From a virus (taxonomy: Duplodnaviria; Caudoviricetes), in the IMG/VR virus record IMGVR_UViG_3300008255_000246, positions 1-38,318 of that record: DNA of 38,318 bases; one strand, 5' to 3'. How positions within the stretch are numbered: position 1 is the first letter of the stretch; every line of letters starts with the position of its first letter. Below the pieces are notes generated by a model. That model had not been told where the DNA came from. It was given only the letters and a program-made list of their open reading frames with translations, and made no database searches. Positions 1-10,114 of the stretch are shown in pieces. A program made the translations under genes and the position numbers.

Positions 1-2
1 GC

Positions 3-1556
3 AAGCGCCTTAAGAAGACGACACGCTCATTCAAGGCGAGCGAGGTCGAGTTGCAAAGCGTCGCCACCCCAGGGCTCATGCAGCGCTTTAGGGTGGAGTT
101 GAAGCGCTCAGGTGGAGTTTGGGTCGTGGTGACTGACTCGCTCCCCGAGGGCTGGCGCATCCCCACGGGCAAGACGCCGCGCTCTGTACTCGAATACAAG
201 GCGCCGCCCAACCATAGTCAGCTTAAGACTTTCTACGAGGTTGAGGCTGACGAGTTTGTCGAGGGGGAGCCGTGCAAAACAATGGCTCATCTTCTAAGGC
301 GCACACGCTTTAACATGCTCGCGATTGACGAGGCTCACCGCCTTAAAGGTGGCCAAAGTACAAAGCAGGGCAAATACACGCAGTTGCTCCGCGCTAAGCA
401 TGTGGTCTGCCTGACAGGCACAGTGATCAAGAGTTACCCTCGGAACATCTACCCCTTGCTTGTTCGCACGGGAGGCGGTCAGACCACGCAGTGCGAGTGG
501 TCTTATGTCCATGACATGCCTAAAGACTGGTCGCGCGTGACGACATCTACCAGGGTCTTCGCTGAGAAGTTCGTTCAGGTCGTTGATATGTCAGACGAGT
601 TCAAGGACTCGCTTGAGAAGGGCCGCAAGTCGCGTGAGATCCCGATGGTGCCCGCCGCTGCGCTTCCCGACTGGTTCGACATGATCGAGCGGCTTGTCAT
701 CCGGCGCCAACGTCACGAGCCTCTTGTCTCCAAGGCCATCAAAATGCCCCAGGCAGACATCGAGGAGCTGTTCTACCCCATCGACCAGCCGCACGCGCTC
801 TTTTACCAGTGGTGGCTTGACGAGTTTGCTAAGTGGTTTGAGGAGCAGCAGGAATCTGAGCGAGCTGGCGAAGGCTTCGATTATTCGGGCCTGCTCGCTC
901 AGCTCTCTAAGCTCCAGTTTGCAGCGGTTTACCCGCAGGCGCCCGAGGTCCAAATCAAAGGTGTTGTTGAGTGGCAAGGTGGCTTGACGACTCGTCAAAC
1001 GGGCGTGCTCGATGGTGTAATTGAAAGCGTGCAGTCAGGTGCTCGCGCGATCATCTTCACCGAGCGTCCCGGCTTAGTGGATCTGATGAAGGGCTACCTT
1101 CTGAACCGCGACGTGCTCTCTATCGGCTTTCATGGTGGCATTGAGATGCAGAAGCGGCTCAACGGCCTGGACAAATTCAGGCGCGACGATGACTATTCTG
1201 TTCTGATCATGTCAAGAGGCTGTGGTCAAAACGGCTTCAACATCTCGTGCGTCGATGAGGTCTGGTCTATGGACTGGAGCTGGACGCCATCGTCAATGGA
1301 GCAGGCCGAAGGTCGTATGCTTCGCCCCGACTGGCTCACCAATGAGCGTGAACAGCAGGGGATGAGCCCGAGGATCTATCGAACCATCCAAGAGGGTACG
1401 ATAGACCTCTACATGCGTCAGCTCGTGCTAGCAAAGCGCGCTGGCATCGATCAGGCGATGGACCATCAGGAAGCGAAGTTTGACATCGAGAATTGGAAGT
1501 CTTACCGCCAGTTCAGCGAAGACATGCTCCGCGATCTTGGCCTTTTGACCAGTTAA
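3..1556 (+). CDS. SNF2-family (SF2) helicase/translocase, 5'-truncated
   Basis: Frame is open from position 3. Motif II IDEAH, motif III LTGT, and helicase C-terminal motifs (IIFTE, GQNGFNI, WTPSSMEQAEGRMLR). Confidence 0.85.
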   Translation, partial: KRLKKTTRSFKASEVELQSVATPGLMQRFRVELKRSGGVWVVVTDSLPEGWRIPTGKTPRSVLEYKAPPNHSQLKTFYEVEADEFVEGEPCKTMAHLLRRTRFNMLAIDEAHRLKGGQSTKQGKYTQLLRAKHVVCLTGTVIKSYPRNIYPLLVRTGGGQTTQCEWSYVHDMPKDWSRVTTSTRVFAEKFVQVVDMSDEFKDSLEKGRKSREIPMVPAAALPDWFDMIERLVIRRQRHEPLVSKAIKMPQADIEELFYPIDQPHALFYQWWLDEFAKWFEEQQESERAGEGFDYSGLLAQLSKLQFAAVYPQAPEVQIKGVVEWQGGLTTRQTGVLDGVIESVQSGARAIIFTERPGLVDLMKGYLLNRDVLSIGFHGGIEMQKRLNGLDKFRRDDDYSVLIMSRGCGQNGFNISCVDEVWSMDWSWTPSSMEQAEGRMLRPDWLTNEREQQGMSPRIYRTIQEGTIDLYMRQLVLAKRAGIDQAMDHQEAKFDIENWKSYRQFSEDMLRDLGLLTS

Positions 1557-1572
1557 CTGCAATCGATTGCAG
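1557..1572. repeat. dispersed palindrome copy 1
   Basis: CTGCAATCGATTGCAG directly after the TAA of the SNF2 gene. Confidence 0.95.
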
Positions 1573-1596
1573 CTTATCCACCATTAGGGATAGCCA

Positions 1597-3057
1597 ATGT
1601 TTACTCTTGCCTACGTTGATGGGGCTCTGACCGTCTATATGGAGCCTTCTGACAAGTCGCTGCCCAGCCTCGCTGTTCAGCCTGACTTCCTGTATATGCT
1701 CCCCAAGGCGCTCACCGCTCATTCAGGGCCGCCTCGCATTGTCACCGCCTCTTTTCCGTTGGACTTCTCTAAGGAGTACATCGAGTCGGTCTTTGGCAAG
1801 TCAGGTTACATTGTTAAGTCAAACGGCAAGAGGACGCTGATCACGCTTAACGAGGGCACAAACTTCTATGTCAAGCCTCGCTCAGTGTCTCGACTGATCG
1901 ACAAGTCAAACCATTGTGCAAGCATGACTAGGGCCATGTTTTTCATGCACATCCCGATCTACAAGTTTGGCCTGATCATAGGGCAGCGCCTCAGTCTTCT
2001 TACGCTTAGTGACGATGTGCGCGAACGCGCGCATGGTTTCCTGCCGCATCGAGACTTTTCGTCGATCTACGATGAGGCGATGGCTCACATCGCGCTTCAG
2101 GGGCAAAGCCCGCTGATCTATCCAGTCTTTGATGCGACGGGCCGCCACGCTCCTTTGACGCTGTTTGATGACGACTACCTCGTGTCGATCTCAGGCAGCA
2201 CGAGCATCTTGCACAAGCAGGATGCCATCGAGCGTCGCGACGCGAAGATCGTCGATTGGGCGCAACGTCTTAAGGAGCTTTACGACTCAGGCAACGTCCC
2301 CCTGGGTGATGTGTCCCCTCCGGCAAGCGTGCATGGTCGAGCTTCCTTCTTTGGTGTGGAGCACGTCGTTGGGACCGTTGAAGTTGATAACGGCTTCCCG
2401 TTTGGGATTGCGCCGCCACTTCCCAAGGACGAGCTGCTTGGCTATCAGTTCGCCGCTGATGGTTATGTTTGGACCGTCTGCGACTTTCACGAGCCCAAAG
2501 ATCACCTTGAGGGGTGGGTCTTTTTGGTGCGCACCGATGACGTGGATGGCTTCCCCATGTTCTCGACGCTATCTCAGCCCGGCTTTGAGCGGCTGGCTTT
2601 TGGGAAGTCGCTGGTTGACTATGTGCGCTGGTCGCCGGGCCTCAACTACGCGTCGCCGCAGATGGATCTTAACTTCAGGTCAACAGGCCGCCGCGCACGC
2701 ACGCTGCTGAAGTATTATGAGACGATCCATGACATCAGCTCCGGGCCGCTCAGGTGCTTTGAGTATCACCTCGCTGCTGTTTCAGTGGCCAAGTACGACA
2801 CCATGAACGGTGTCTTTCAGCAGGTGAAGTTGCTGACGTTCTCTCAATACGAGCGCCTTAAGCAGAATCATCAGCGCGCTCAAGAGGAGAAGCGGCTTAA
2901 AAGGACAGCGCAGAGCTTGGTGTCTAAGGCGCAAGACAGGAAAGCTGAGCGCCTTAAGAACGTCGCCCAGATGCTTTTATCTCAGCGCGAAAACTCTAAG
3001 CCCAAACCGCTCAGCCCAAAAGCCAAGAAGCTCTTGAAGGGGATGAAGAATGGATGA
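1597..3057 (+). CDS. hypothetical protein (486 aa), basic helical C-terminus
   Basis: Long ORF with AGGGA upstream that overlaps the next start. No recognisable motif. Confidence 0.7.
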   Translation: MFTLAYVDGALTVYMEPSDKSLPSLAVQPDFLYMLPKALTAHSGPPRIVTASFPLDFSKEYIESVFGKSGYIVKSNGKRTLITLNEGTNFYVKPRSVSRLIDKSNHCASMTRAMFFMHIPIYKFGLIIGQRLSLLTLSDDVRERAHGFLPHRDFSSIYDEAMAHIALQGQSPLIYPVFDATGRHAPLTLFDDDYLVSISGSTSILHKQDAIERRDAKIVDWAQRLKELYDSGNVPLGDVSPPASVHGRASFFGVEHVVGTVEVDNGFPFGIAPPLPKDELLGYQFAADGYVWTVCDFHEPKDHLEGWVFLVRTDDVDGFPMFSTLSQPGFERLAFGKSLVDYVRWSPGLNYASPQMDLNFRSTGRRARTLLKYYETIHDISSGPLRCFEYHLAAVSVAKYDTMNGVFQQVKLLTFSQYERLKQNHQRAQEEKRLKRTAQSLVSKAQDRKAERLKNVAQMLLSQRENSKPKPLSPKAKKLLKGMKNG

Positions 3058-3427
3058 TGGTTCGCCGCGCATTGACTATGACTTGAGCTGGGTTAATGAG
3101 CTTAGGTCATGCCCGCCTGAGAAGTTTAAACGGCCCTGGATTGGTGAGAACGTCACCTATAAAGGGTTTGTTTTTCATGTTGTGGCGTACACGTCATTTC
3201 AGGATGTGATGAAGGGAATTGATCCTACTCAACGCCAGTCTTTCATGGTAAAAGTTAAATCTGTCATGGGCGCTGATTATGAGCGCCTTTACTTTTCTTT
3301 GTCGCTAGGTGGCCGCCATCTTGAAGACGTTGGCATATCTGACTACGCGACGCTCACGGTGCATATATGGGAGGTGCGCTATGATTTCCGAAAGGACTTG
3401 GAAAACCCTTCATGGAGAAAGACCTGA
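3050..3427 (+). CDS. hypothetical protein
   Basis: 125-aa ORF overlapping both neighbours in the usual phage arrangement. Confidence 0.6.
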   Translation: MDDGSPRIDYDLSWVNELRSCPPEKFKRPWIGENVTYKGFVFHVVAYTSFQDVMKGIDPTQRQSFMVKVKSVMGADYERLYFSLSLGGRHLEDVGISDYATLTVHIWEVRYDFRKDLENPSWRKT

Positions 3428-4349
3428 CCTGATCAAGCAGATAGGAAGCGCCGCCTATCTGCTGTTCTCTTGGCTTGCTTATCGTGAGTTGGAGACGGTG
3501 CAGCAGGATGAGGACGGTGAGCTGAAGACTTACTGGCAGGCAGCCTTTAGCGCCAGTGACTTCCTTGAGGTTGGCGATCAGCTTCAAGCGAGCCTTTACT
3601 CGCTCAAGGCGCATGGCTGGATCTACTCTTACGATGACTTCGACCTTGATGACATCCGTGTCAACCTTGGGCTCATCGAGCGCGGCTCGATCTGGTGCAT
3701 CGAGGAGACGATCAACAGGCGTGCGATGCTGCCGACGCGTCTTGTGGTCGCTGAATCTGACATCGAGGCAGCGCCTGCCGCGCCGCCGCGCGCGAACAGC
3801 TCCAGGCTGTCAGCGCTAAAGGGCGCCATAGAGACGCAGAAGTCTGCGACTGACAAGCGCCAAGCCGCGCAGAAGCTCAAAAGGGAAGTACGGCGCCAAG
3901 GTCGTGCAGAACAACCAGCACCAGCGCCAGTAAAGGCAGCCCGCCCTTTGAACAAGCTCGACCTTTACCGTAGGTATGAGAGCTTGTTCGAGTCGATCTT
4001 CTCGACAACGCCTCCAGCGCTGTTCACCAACGGCAAACCCAACGCCCAGGCCGCGCGCTTCAACGTCATTGTCAACGAGTATGGCTTAGATGAAGCCTTC
4101 TGGATGGTAGAATATGCGCTTGAGAACTGGAAAGAGCTGAGCGAGATCCTGAGAAAAACAGAGCCGCCTGTGCCTGGGATCATCGTAAACCTCCGCCACA
4201 CCTTGCATTTTTGGCATGAAAAGTGCGAAGATCCTGTTCATGGGATGAGGGAACAGCTCAAATCTCATAAGTCTGAGGCGAAAAGGGACAGCCTTACGCG
4301 CAGTGAGTGGAGCCAGACCGACGAAGACCCAGGAGATAGGCTATGGTAA
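3381..4349 (+). CDS. putative replication initiator / helicase-loader partner
   Basis: Start moved to ATG 3381, which follows a GGAGGT RBS. N-terminus looks wHTH-like, with a Pro/Ala linker. Lies directly upstream of the DnaC-like and DnaB genes. Function inferred from synteny. Confidence 0.45.
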   Translation: MISERTWKTLHGERPDLIKQIGSAAYLLFSWLAYRELETVQQDEDGELKTYWQAAFSASDFLEVGDQLQASLYSLKAHGWIYSYDDFDLDDIRVNLGLIERGSIWCIEETINRRAMLPTRLVVAESDIEAAPAAPPRANSSRLSALKGAIETQKSATDKRQAAQKLKREVRRQGRAEQPAPAPVKAARPLNKLDLYRRYESLFESIFSTTPPALFTNGKPNAQAARFNVIVNEYGLDEAFWMVEYALENWKELSEILRKTEPPVPGIIVNLRHTLHFWHEKCEDPVHGMREQLKSHKSEAKRDSLTRSEWSQTDEDPGDRLW

Positions 4350-5008
4350 GAGGCGCATACATGAAGCCGTGGTTGTTCGCAGAACAGGGCCGCCCTTTGA
4401 TGAGGGCTGACCTTATAGGGATGCGTCTGCCAGAGCGCTGCTGGGAAACGACTGTGAAGCGCTTTGGTGGGGGACCAAGCGTGATCGAAAGGCTCAAGAG
4501 CTATGCCTTTAACTTGCGCAAGATGCGCCAGGACGGCATCGGCCTTTTTCTCAACGGACCTAATGGTGTTGGCAAGAGCTGCATTGTCGCCCATTATGGT
4601 AAGGCGTTTCGTTCTCACGGTCAGTCGGTGCTTTATGCGAGGGCCGTGGAGCTGGTCACGTCTTCGATCGAGACTTATCCTATGGGTGACGCGTGGGGTG
4701 GTCTTGACCTGTGGCAGCTCGCCAAGCAGGTCGATGTTTTGATCCTTGATGATCTTGGAAAGGAGCATAGGTCGCAGTCGTCCTACGCCGAGACAATGAT
4801 CGAGGATCTTCTGCGAGCGCGTTACGAGCGCAAGGGGGTTACGCTGATCACCACCAATATGTCAGGCCCCGCGTTGGTGGAGACTTATAAAGCATCGACC
4901 TTGAGCATCATCAAGGCGATGACTATCTCGCTCACCATCACGGGTGAGGATCAGCGTCAGCAGAAGTACGAAGCAGACTTAATGAACACAGGTGCCTTAG
5001 CGCCCTGA
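4343..5008 (+). CDS. DnaC/IstB-like AAA+ helicase loader
   Basis: Walker A GPNGVGKS, Walker B LILDDLGKE, and TLITTN motif. Confidence 0.85.
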   Translation: MVRGAYMKPWLFAEQGRPLMRADLIGMRLPERCWETTVKRFGGGPSVIERLKSYAFNLRKMRQDGIGLFLNGPNGVGKSCIVAHYGKAFRSHGQSVLYARAVELVTSSIETYPMGDAWGGLDLWQLAKQVDVLILDDLGKEHRSQSSYAETMIEDLLRARYERKGVTLITTNMSGPALVETYKASTLSIIKAMTISLTITGEDQRQQKYEADLMNTGALAP

Positions 5009-5019
5009 ATCAGAATACT

Positions 5020-5039
5020 GGCTGCAATCGATTGCAGCC
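5020..5039. repeat. dispersed palindrome copy 2 (20 bp)
   Basis: GG-core-CC, between the loader and dnaB. Confidence 0.95.
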
Positions 5040-5053
5040 CTGGGAGGTCACTG

Positions 5054-6355
5054 GTGAACGTTGATCAGGTGTTCGTGCGCCTTTTGAATAGGGAGACTCA
5101 AGGGGCGACGTGGAAGATGTCTGCCTATGGCATAGACTCAAAGATGCTGAGCACAGAAGCTCGCGATGCTCTAAACTTCATCGACTCCTACAAGGAATTA
5201 AACGGACGCCCACCATCGGATGAGATTCTGTGCTTTGAACAGAAGTGGCCCTCTAAGCCGCTCGCTGAGCTGAGCGAGGATCTTGCCTACGTCAGTCATA
5301 ACATCAAGCGCCGCCAAGCAGGCAGGATCGTCGCCAGGGCGATCAAAGAGGCTGAGGAGATGCTTGAGTCTGGAAGGGATGACATCTTCGAGGCCGCTGA
5401 GATCATCAAGGCTGCCTCAGATAACCTTCGCGGCATCTCAAAGTCTCGCCAGATCGCAGTCAACCTCTTTGATGGTTATTACGACACGCTGGTCGAGCGC
5501 TATGCGAGCTATAAAGACGGCGTGGCTGGGATTCCAGGGCCGTTTGCTCCGATCAATGAGGCCACCAACGGAGGGTACAAGCTGGGTGAGGCGGTGTGCT
5601 TCGTCGCGCGCCCATCGATCGGCAAGACATGGACGCTGCTCCTGCACGCCAAAGAGCTGTACCGCCAGGGGTATAATGTCCTGCTCCTATCTCCAGAGCT
5701 AGACCGAGAACAGCTCAAAGAGCGCTTCTCCACCATGCAGTTTGGGCACAGCTATGTAGGCTTTGTTCAGGGCAACCTCGGGCACTTCACCGAGGACGCC
5801 TTCTTTGACAAGGTGCGCGCTCACGAGCAGTCGCGAGCGCGCCCGCTATGGGTGATTGAACAGTCGATGCGCATCGAGCAGAGCATGGTCGAAGATGCTG
5901 TGGAGCAGTTCGATCCAGACATCATCTTGATCGACTCTCTCTACCTGCTCGGGAAGGGGTATAAGCGCAGTGATCAGATAGAGAACGTGTCCCCCTGGGT
6001 CAAGAGCTTATCCAACCTTGGCCGCAAGCGCTTAGCAATCTGCACCAGTCAGATGAACCGCTCAGCGACCACCTTTGAGCAGATGGGGCCGTCAAACATC
6101 TACGGTTCTGATGCGGTCTATCAGGACTTCGATACGATTTATGGTCAGTGGCAAGATCCTGATATGTACCGTGACCGATTAATGGGCTATCTTCAGTTCA
6201 AAGTCAGGAGCGGCAGCAAGTCAAACCCCACTTTCTTCACTAGGTTTGACATTGACGCAATGGACTTCAGCGTCATAGATGAGTCGAGCGCGGTGATAGA
6301 AGACGCCGTGCCCGCCGATCCCGAGAAGGGGTCGATCACGTCATTTGAGTGGTAG
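5054..6355 (+). CDS. dnaB: DnaB-like replicative helicase
   Basis: GTG start after GGAGG. Walker A ARPSIGKT, LSPEL, IILIDSLY, SQMNR, and K-x-R (KVRSG) motifs. Confidence 0.85.
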   Translation: MNVDQVFVRLLNRETQGATWKMSAYGIDSKMLSTEARDALNFIDSYKELNGRPPSDEILCFEQKWPSKPLAELSEDLAYVSHNIKRRQAGRIVARAIKEAEEMLESGRDDIFEAAEIIKAASDNLRGISKSRQIAVNLFDGYYDTLVERYASYKDGVAGIPGPFAPINEATNGGYKLGEAVCFVARPSIGKTWTLLLHAKELYRQGYNVLLLSPELDREQLKERFSTMQFGHSYVGFVQGNLGHFTEDAFFDKVRAHEQSRARPLWVIEQSMRIEQSMVEDAVEQFDPDIILIDSLYLLGKGYKRSDQIENVSPWVKSLSNLGRKRLAICTSQMNRSATTFEQMGPSNIYGSDAVYQDFDTIYGQWQDPDMYRDRLMGYLQFKVRSGSKSNPTFFTRFDIDAMDFSVIDESSAVIEDAVPADPEKGSITSFEW

Positions 6356-6361
6356 GAGCAC

Positions 6362-6802
6362 ATGATGAGCACGCTAAAGGGGCACGTCGCCTCAGTGGCT
6401 TTGGTCCTTAAGGGGTATGGCTATATCGTCGAACGCCTCAGCGATGTTGAGCTAAGCATTGGCTTGAAGCTGCGCTACAAGCCTTCGATGATTCACGAGG
6501 TGGCCTCAGCCGAGTCAACTGCGACGCTGTTGACAGTCTCTTTTAAAGAGGCTGACATCCAAAACGCGCCCTCCGATCTGGCCCTTCAGATTGACAGGGA
6601 GATCAAGCGGCTGCTCTCCAAGTCTCTTGAGCAGGATGAGTCTGGCATGTCTGTCCTGCTCGACAGGGATGATAAGGATCTGGTGGTCGCTGACGGCCAG
6701 ATTTATGTGACGCCAACCGTGGCGGCCTTTATCAAGCGCGCCCACATCGAGGCAGTCAGCCACAACCTCTTGAATGCTCAGCGCCGTCAACCCGGCTCTT
6801 GA
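6362..6802 (+). CDS. hypothetical protein
   Basis: AGGAG RBS, 146 aa. Confidence 0.65.
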   Translation: MMSTLKGHVASVALVLKGYGYIVERLSDVELSIGLKLRYKPSMIHEVASAESTATLLTVSFKEADIQNAPSDLALQIDREIKRLLSKSLEQDESGMSVLLDRDDKDLVVADGQIYVTPTVAAFIKRAHIEAVSHNLLNAQRRQPGS

Positions 6803-6822
6803 GCGACACACCAACGGTATGA

Positions 6823-6851
6823 ATAAGGACGCTGATGCGTCCTTATCTTTT
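6823..6851 (+). terminator. putative intrinsic terminator
   Basis: Stem ATAAGGACGC, loop TGAT, stem GCGTCCTTAT, followed by CTTTT. Confidence 0.6.
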
Positions 6852-6865
6852 GGAGCACGACAAAC

Positions 6866-7483
6866 ATGGCAAAGCTCACCGGGCCTGAGATCATCAAACA
6901 GGTAAAAGCGGGTCAGATCACCATCGAGCCCTTTGACGAGTCGCAAGTCGGGCCAAACTCCTACGACGTGAGGCTAGGACCAACGCTCAAGGTCTATGTG
7001 AATGAGTATGGCGACCTGATGAGGCCAACCCCTCATCAGCTTAGGCATTATGCTCTTGAGCAGGGGCCGGGGCAGATCATCCCATTTGACTATCTGGACT
7101 CCAAGGTCAAGCCCGAGACAAGAGAGATCACCATCCCCGAGAATGGGCTAATCCTTATGCCTGGAGTGGCATACCTTGGCGCATCCGTGGAGAAGATCGG
7201 GACAGACAAGTTCGTGCAGACCTTGCACGGCAGAAGCTCGATCGCGCGCCTCTTTGTCTCAGTTCATCCAGGCGCCGGGCTTGGGGATGTTGGTTGGACC
7301 GGGCAATGGACGGCTGAGATCACTTGCGTGCTCCCGGTCAGGATCTACCCCAACCAGCGCATCGCTCAGATTTGCTTTGAGGAAGTTGTTGGCGACGTGC
7401 TCTCTTACGCCGATCGCCCAGGCTCAAAGTATCATGGTCAGGCCGGGCCTACGCCCTCAATGATTTATAAGGACAATGACTAA
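6866..7483 (+). CDS. dcd: dCTP deaminase (trimeric dUTPase fold)
   Basis: PNSYDVRLG, GRSSIARL, GDVGWTG, RIAQICF, KYHGQ..PTPS. Confidence 0.9.
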   Translation: MAKLTGPEIIKQVKAGQITIEPFDESQVGPNSYDVRLGPTLKVYVNEYGDLMRPTPHQLRHYALEQGPGQIIPFDYLDSKVKPETREITIPENGLILMPGVAYLGASVEKIGTDKFVQTLHGRSSIARLFVSVHPGAGLGDVGWTGQWTAEITCVLPVRIYPNQRIAQICFEEVVGDVLSYADRPGSKYHGQAGPTPSMIYKDND

Positions 7484-7916
7484 AATGCTTATGAAGGCTG
7501 TCGTTGGTGATATAGTCTGTGTCGGCCCGCAGAATACCTGCGGGCTCTTGGTGTCACCTCAGTCATTTAGGCCAATGAAGGGCACATGCGCTTTCTCCTT
7601 TGAAAGCGCTCCCTTTCTTTTTGCTCGTCACGAGGATGTTGGATCGCTCATAGTGCTCCAGCTTCGCTCTGAGGAGCTTTCAGCGATCAAAAGCGGCCTT
7701 GATATCATGGCGATGCCCATATCACATGACCTCAAGTGCTTGGCGCTTCAGGAGGCGCTGGTCATCGTCAACGCGATTCGGCACAACTTGAGCAACAAAG
7801 GAGCGCGTCCATCGGCGTTGGGAGACTCCTTTGTTTCGTCAGCCGTGTCTTGGTTACAAAAAAACGCCTCACAAGAGAATAGGGATGAAGGCGAGCGACG
7901 TGGAGAAACTTCTTAG
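7476..7916 (+). CDS. hypothetical protein
   Basis: 146-aa ORF overlapping the dcd stop, with AAGGA upstream. Confidence 0.5.
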   Translation: MTKMLMKAVVGDIVCVGPQNTCGLLVSPQSFRPMKGTCAFSFESAPFLFARHEDVGSLIVLQLRSEELSAIKSGLDIMAMPISHDLKCLALQEALVIVNAIRHNLSNKGARPSALGDSFVSSAVSWLQKNASQENRDEGERRGETS

Positions 7917-9057
7917 GCTTCTAGGCAGCCGCGAGGTTGTCCCTATCGATGGTAGGGGCTGGATTAAGGCAACGTGCCCCTTCGAGCGCTGGAAGCATAA
8001 ATCAGGTCGAGATGGTACTCCGAGCTTTGGTGTGAAGCTCTCAGATGGTCACTTTGGGTTCTCTTGCTTTGCCTGTGGTCAAACAGGTGGTCAGCCGCAT
8101 GAGCTGCTCTGGCAGCTTGAAGCGCACGGCGCCGATGTTGGAGCTGCTGCGCAGTTTCTTTATGGGCGTCGTAAAGAGAGCCCGCCTGAGCCCGTTATCG
8201 TGGAGAAGAAGCGCAAGTCTTTTGACTTCAATGATGATCCGTTTCATGCGACTGAAGTGGGCTGGGGTCATCAAAGTGAGCTGATCGCAGCCGAGCACGA
8301 AGACATCGAGCGCCCTAGTTTGCCCGAGAGCGCGCTTGATGAGTTCAAGGCGGTGCATCATCCATATCTTCTCGCGCGAGGCTTCAGCGTTGAATCTATT
8401 GAGCGCTGGGGCCTCTTGGTAAGCGATGATATGGACAGGGTTGTCTTTCCCATTCGAGACGACAAGGGAAGGCTGCTTGCCTTCTCAAAGCGCGTGACAT
8501 GGGACAAGCCGCGCTGCCAGAGCTGCGGCTATCAGGACGCAGCCGACGCGCAGGACAAGACGATCGCTTTTGGGTCAAGGCGCCGTAACGGTAAAGGGGG
8601 CTGCCCCAACTGCCGCAACGGCTGGGTTTGGCCAAAGTATCAGCACAGCAAGGGCTTTACTCGCAACCTCTACCTTTATGGTGAGCACCTGCTTGATCTG
8701 AGCCTCGACACAGTTGTGGTCGTCGAGGGGAATCTCGACCCGATCCGACTAGACCAGTTTGGCGTGGTGAACGTCGTGGCGACGCTGGGCTCGAAAGTTG
8801 GCACCAAATGGCCAACACCGGGCCACCCCGGAGAGCAGGCTTACAGGCTGAGCAAGATGTTCAAGCGCGTGATCATCTTGGCGGATGGGGATGAGGCGGG
8901 CTCGATGATGATTGAGCGCTTGACGCCACCATTAAGATCAAGTGGTGTCAGTGTTGTTGGTCTAATTTGTCCTGACGGCGAAGACCCAGGGTCTTTAGAC
9001 GCCGATCAAGTCTCGGCAATTCTTGGGCCAACAGGTGTTAAGATTATAGGTCGCTAA
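7885..9057 (+). CDS. DnaG-like DNA primase (N-terminal Zn finger plus TOPRIM), with an extra C4 insert
   Basis: CPF..H...D..PSF...CFAC zinc-binding domain; RVVFPIRD; VEGNLD; DGDEAG; EDPG. Start moved to ATG 7885. Confidence 0.88.
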   Translation: MKASDVEKLLRLLGSREVVPIDGRGWIKATCPFERWKHKSGRDGTPSFGVKLSDGHFGFSCFACGQTGGQPHELLWQLEAHGADVGAAAQFLYGRRKESPPEPVIVEKKRKSFDFNDDPFHATEVGWGHQSELIAAEHEDIERPSLPESALDEFKAVHHPYLLARGFSVESIERWGLLVSDDMDRVVFPIRDDKGRLLAFSKRVTWDKPRCQSCGYQDAADAQDKTIAFGSRRRNGKGGCPNCRNGWVWPKYQHSKGFTRNLYLYGEHLLDLSLDTVVVVEGNLDPIRLDQFGVVNVVATLGSKVGTKWPTPGHPGEQAYRLSKMFKRVIILADGDEAGSMMIERLTPPLRSSGVSVVGLICPDGEDPGSLDADQVSAILGPTGVKIIGR

Positions 9058-9093
9058 CGATCACAAAAGCGACGCCCAGCGTACATTTTTATG

Positions 9094-9121
9094 TTGCTAT
9101 TTTTTTGGCGAGGGTTAGCAT
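9094..9121 (+). promoter_or_regulatory. possible sigma70-type promoter for the SSB gene
   Basis: TTGCTA-N16-TAGCAT in an AT-rich intergenic gap. Confidence 0.3.
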
Positions 9122-9211
9122 GTGTTCATCGGCAAGCGGAACGCCAAACCCAAGAGGTAAAGAGCCGCGTGTTAAACCAATATGGGCAAACAGCCCAACC
9201 AAGGTGAAAAA

Positions 9212-10075
9212 ATGTCAGGTGCAAGCTGGTACTCTCAAGACTCGTCTGTCCACGATGACATCCTTAAGGGCAAGGGTGCTAAGGGGGCGGGCGGCGGCTC
9301 CTATGTCTTCGACCCAGACAAAATCTTCAGGTTCTATATGAAGAAAGGCGACGAGCCCCGCACGGTCATGTTGCTGGACGACGCTCCCTTTAACGTCTGG
9401 ATGCACCAATTCCCGATCGATGGGAATTGGGGGAACTTCCAGAGCTGCCCCAAGCGCACCGGCTTGGATAGCCGCTGCCCGCTCTGTGAGCAGGACAAAT
9501 ACTACGCCAAGATGATCGGCAACTACACCATCTTGGACATCACAGGCTGGGAGAAGGATGGTCAGCACTTTATGGGCCTCAAGATCCTGCCCGCCAACTC
9601 CCAACTGGTTCAAAAGCTGGAGCGCGAGCGCAAACGTCGCGGCACACTCCAGGGCGCGATGTTCGAGGTGTCGCGCGATGGGAACAACGCGCTTGGTGAC
9701 GATTGGGTCTACATTGATCGCGTGAGCCCGAAGGACTACCTGCAAGAGCATTTTGACGAGATTGTCGGCGGGCTTAACTATCTCCCCGAGGGGTGGGCGT
9801 TCTGGAAGAACAAGGAGGGCGCCACCTTCAAAGACCCAAGCCGCCCCACCCCCGAGGAGCTTAAAGAGGGTCGTCACTATCGCCTTCAGGGCTTCCCCTT
9901 CGAGCAGTTTCTTAAGCCCAAGATGTACGATGAGTTGGCCGCTTACATCGCCAGCGGTGGCAGCTCAACCCAAGCCCCTGCCAAGGCGGCCAAGCCTGAC
10001 TCATCCTTTGAGTTTGGCGCTAACGCCAAGGGCAAGTCGGGCGACTACGATCCCTTCGAGGACACGCCCTACTGA
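9212..10075 (+). CDS. single-stranded DNA-binding protein (T4 gp32-like)
   Basis: H...C...CPLC Zn motif, aromatic OB-fold-like strands, flexible linker and acidic/aromatic tail (DYDPFEDTPY). Follows the primase. Confidence 0.75.
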   Translation: MSGASWYSQDSSVHDDILKGKGAKGAGGGSYVFDPDKIFRFYMKKGDEPRTVMLLDDAPFNVWMHQFPIDGNWGNFQSCPKRTGLDSRCPLCEQDKYYAKMIGNYTILDITGWEKDGQHFMGLKILPANSQLVQKLERERKRRGTLQGAMFEVSRDGNNALGDDWVYIDRVSPKDYLQEHFDEIVGGLNYLPEGWAFWKNKEGATFKDPSRPTPEELKEGRHYRLQGFPFEQFLKPKMYDELAAYIASGGSSTQAPAKAAKPDSSFEFGANAKGKSGDYDPFEDTPY

Positions 10076-10114
10076 TCCAGGCGCCAGTAAAGCCTAGTCA
10101 TCCAACCTAAACAG

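Noticed and set aside
3915-3932. CCAGCA/CCAGCG/CCAGTA repeats as origin iterons in the putative initiator
   Set aside because: Explained by a Pro-Ala linker; too short and no adjacent AT-rich unwinding element.
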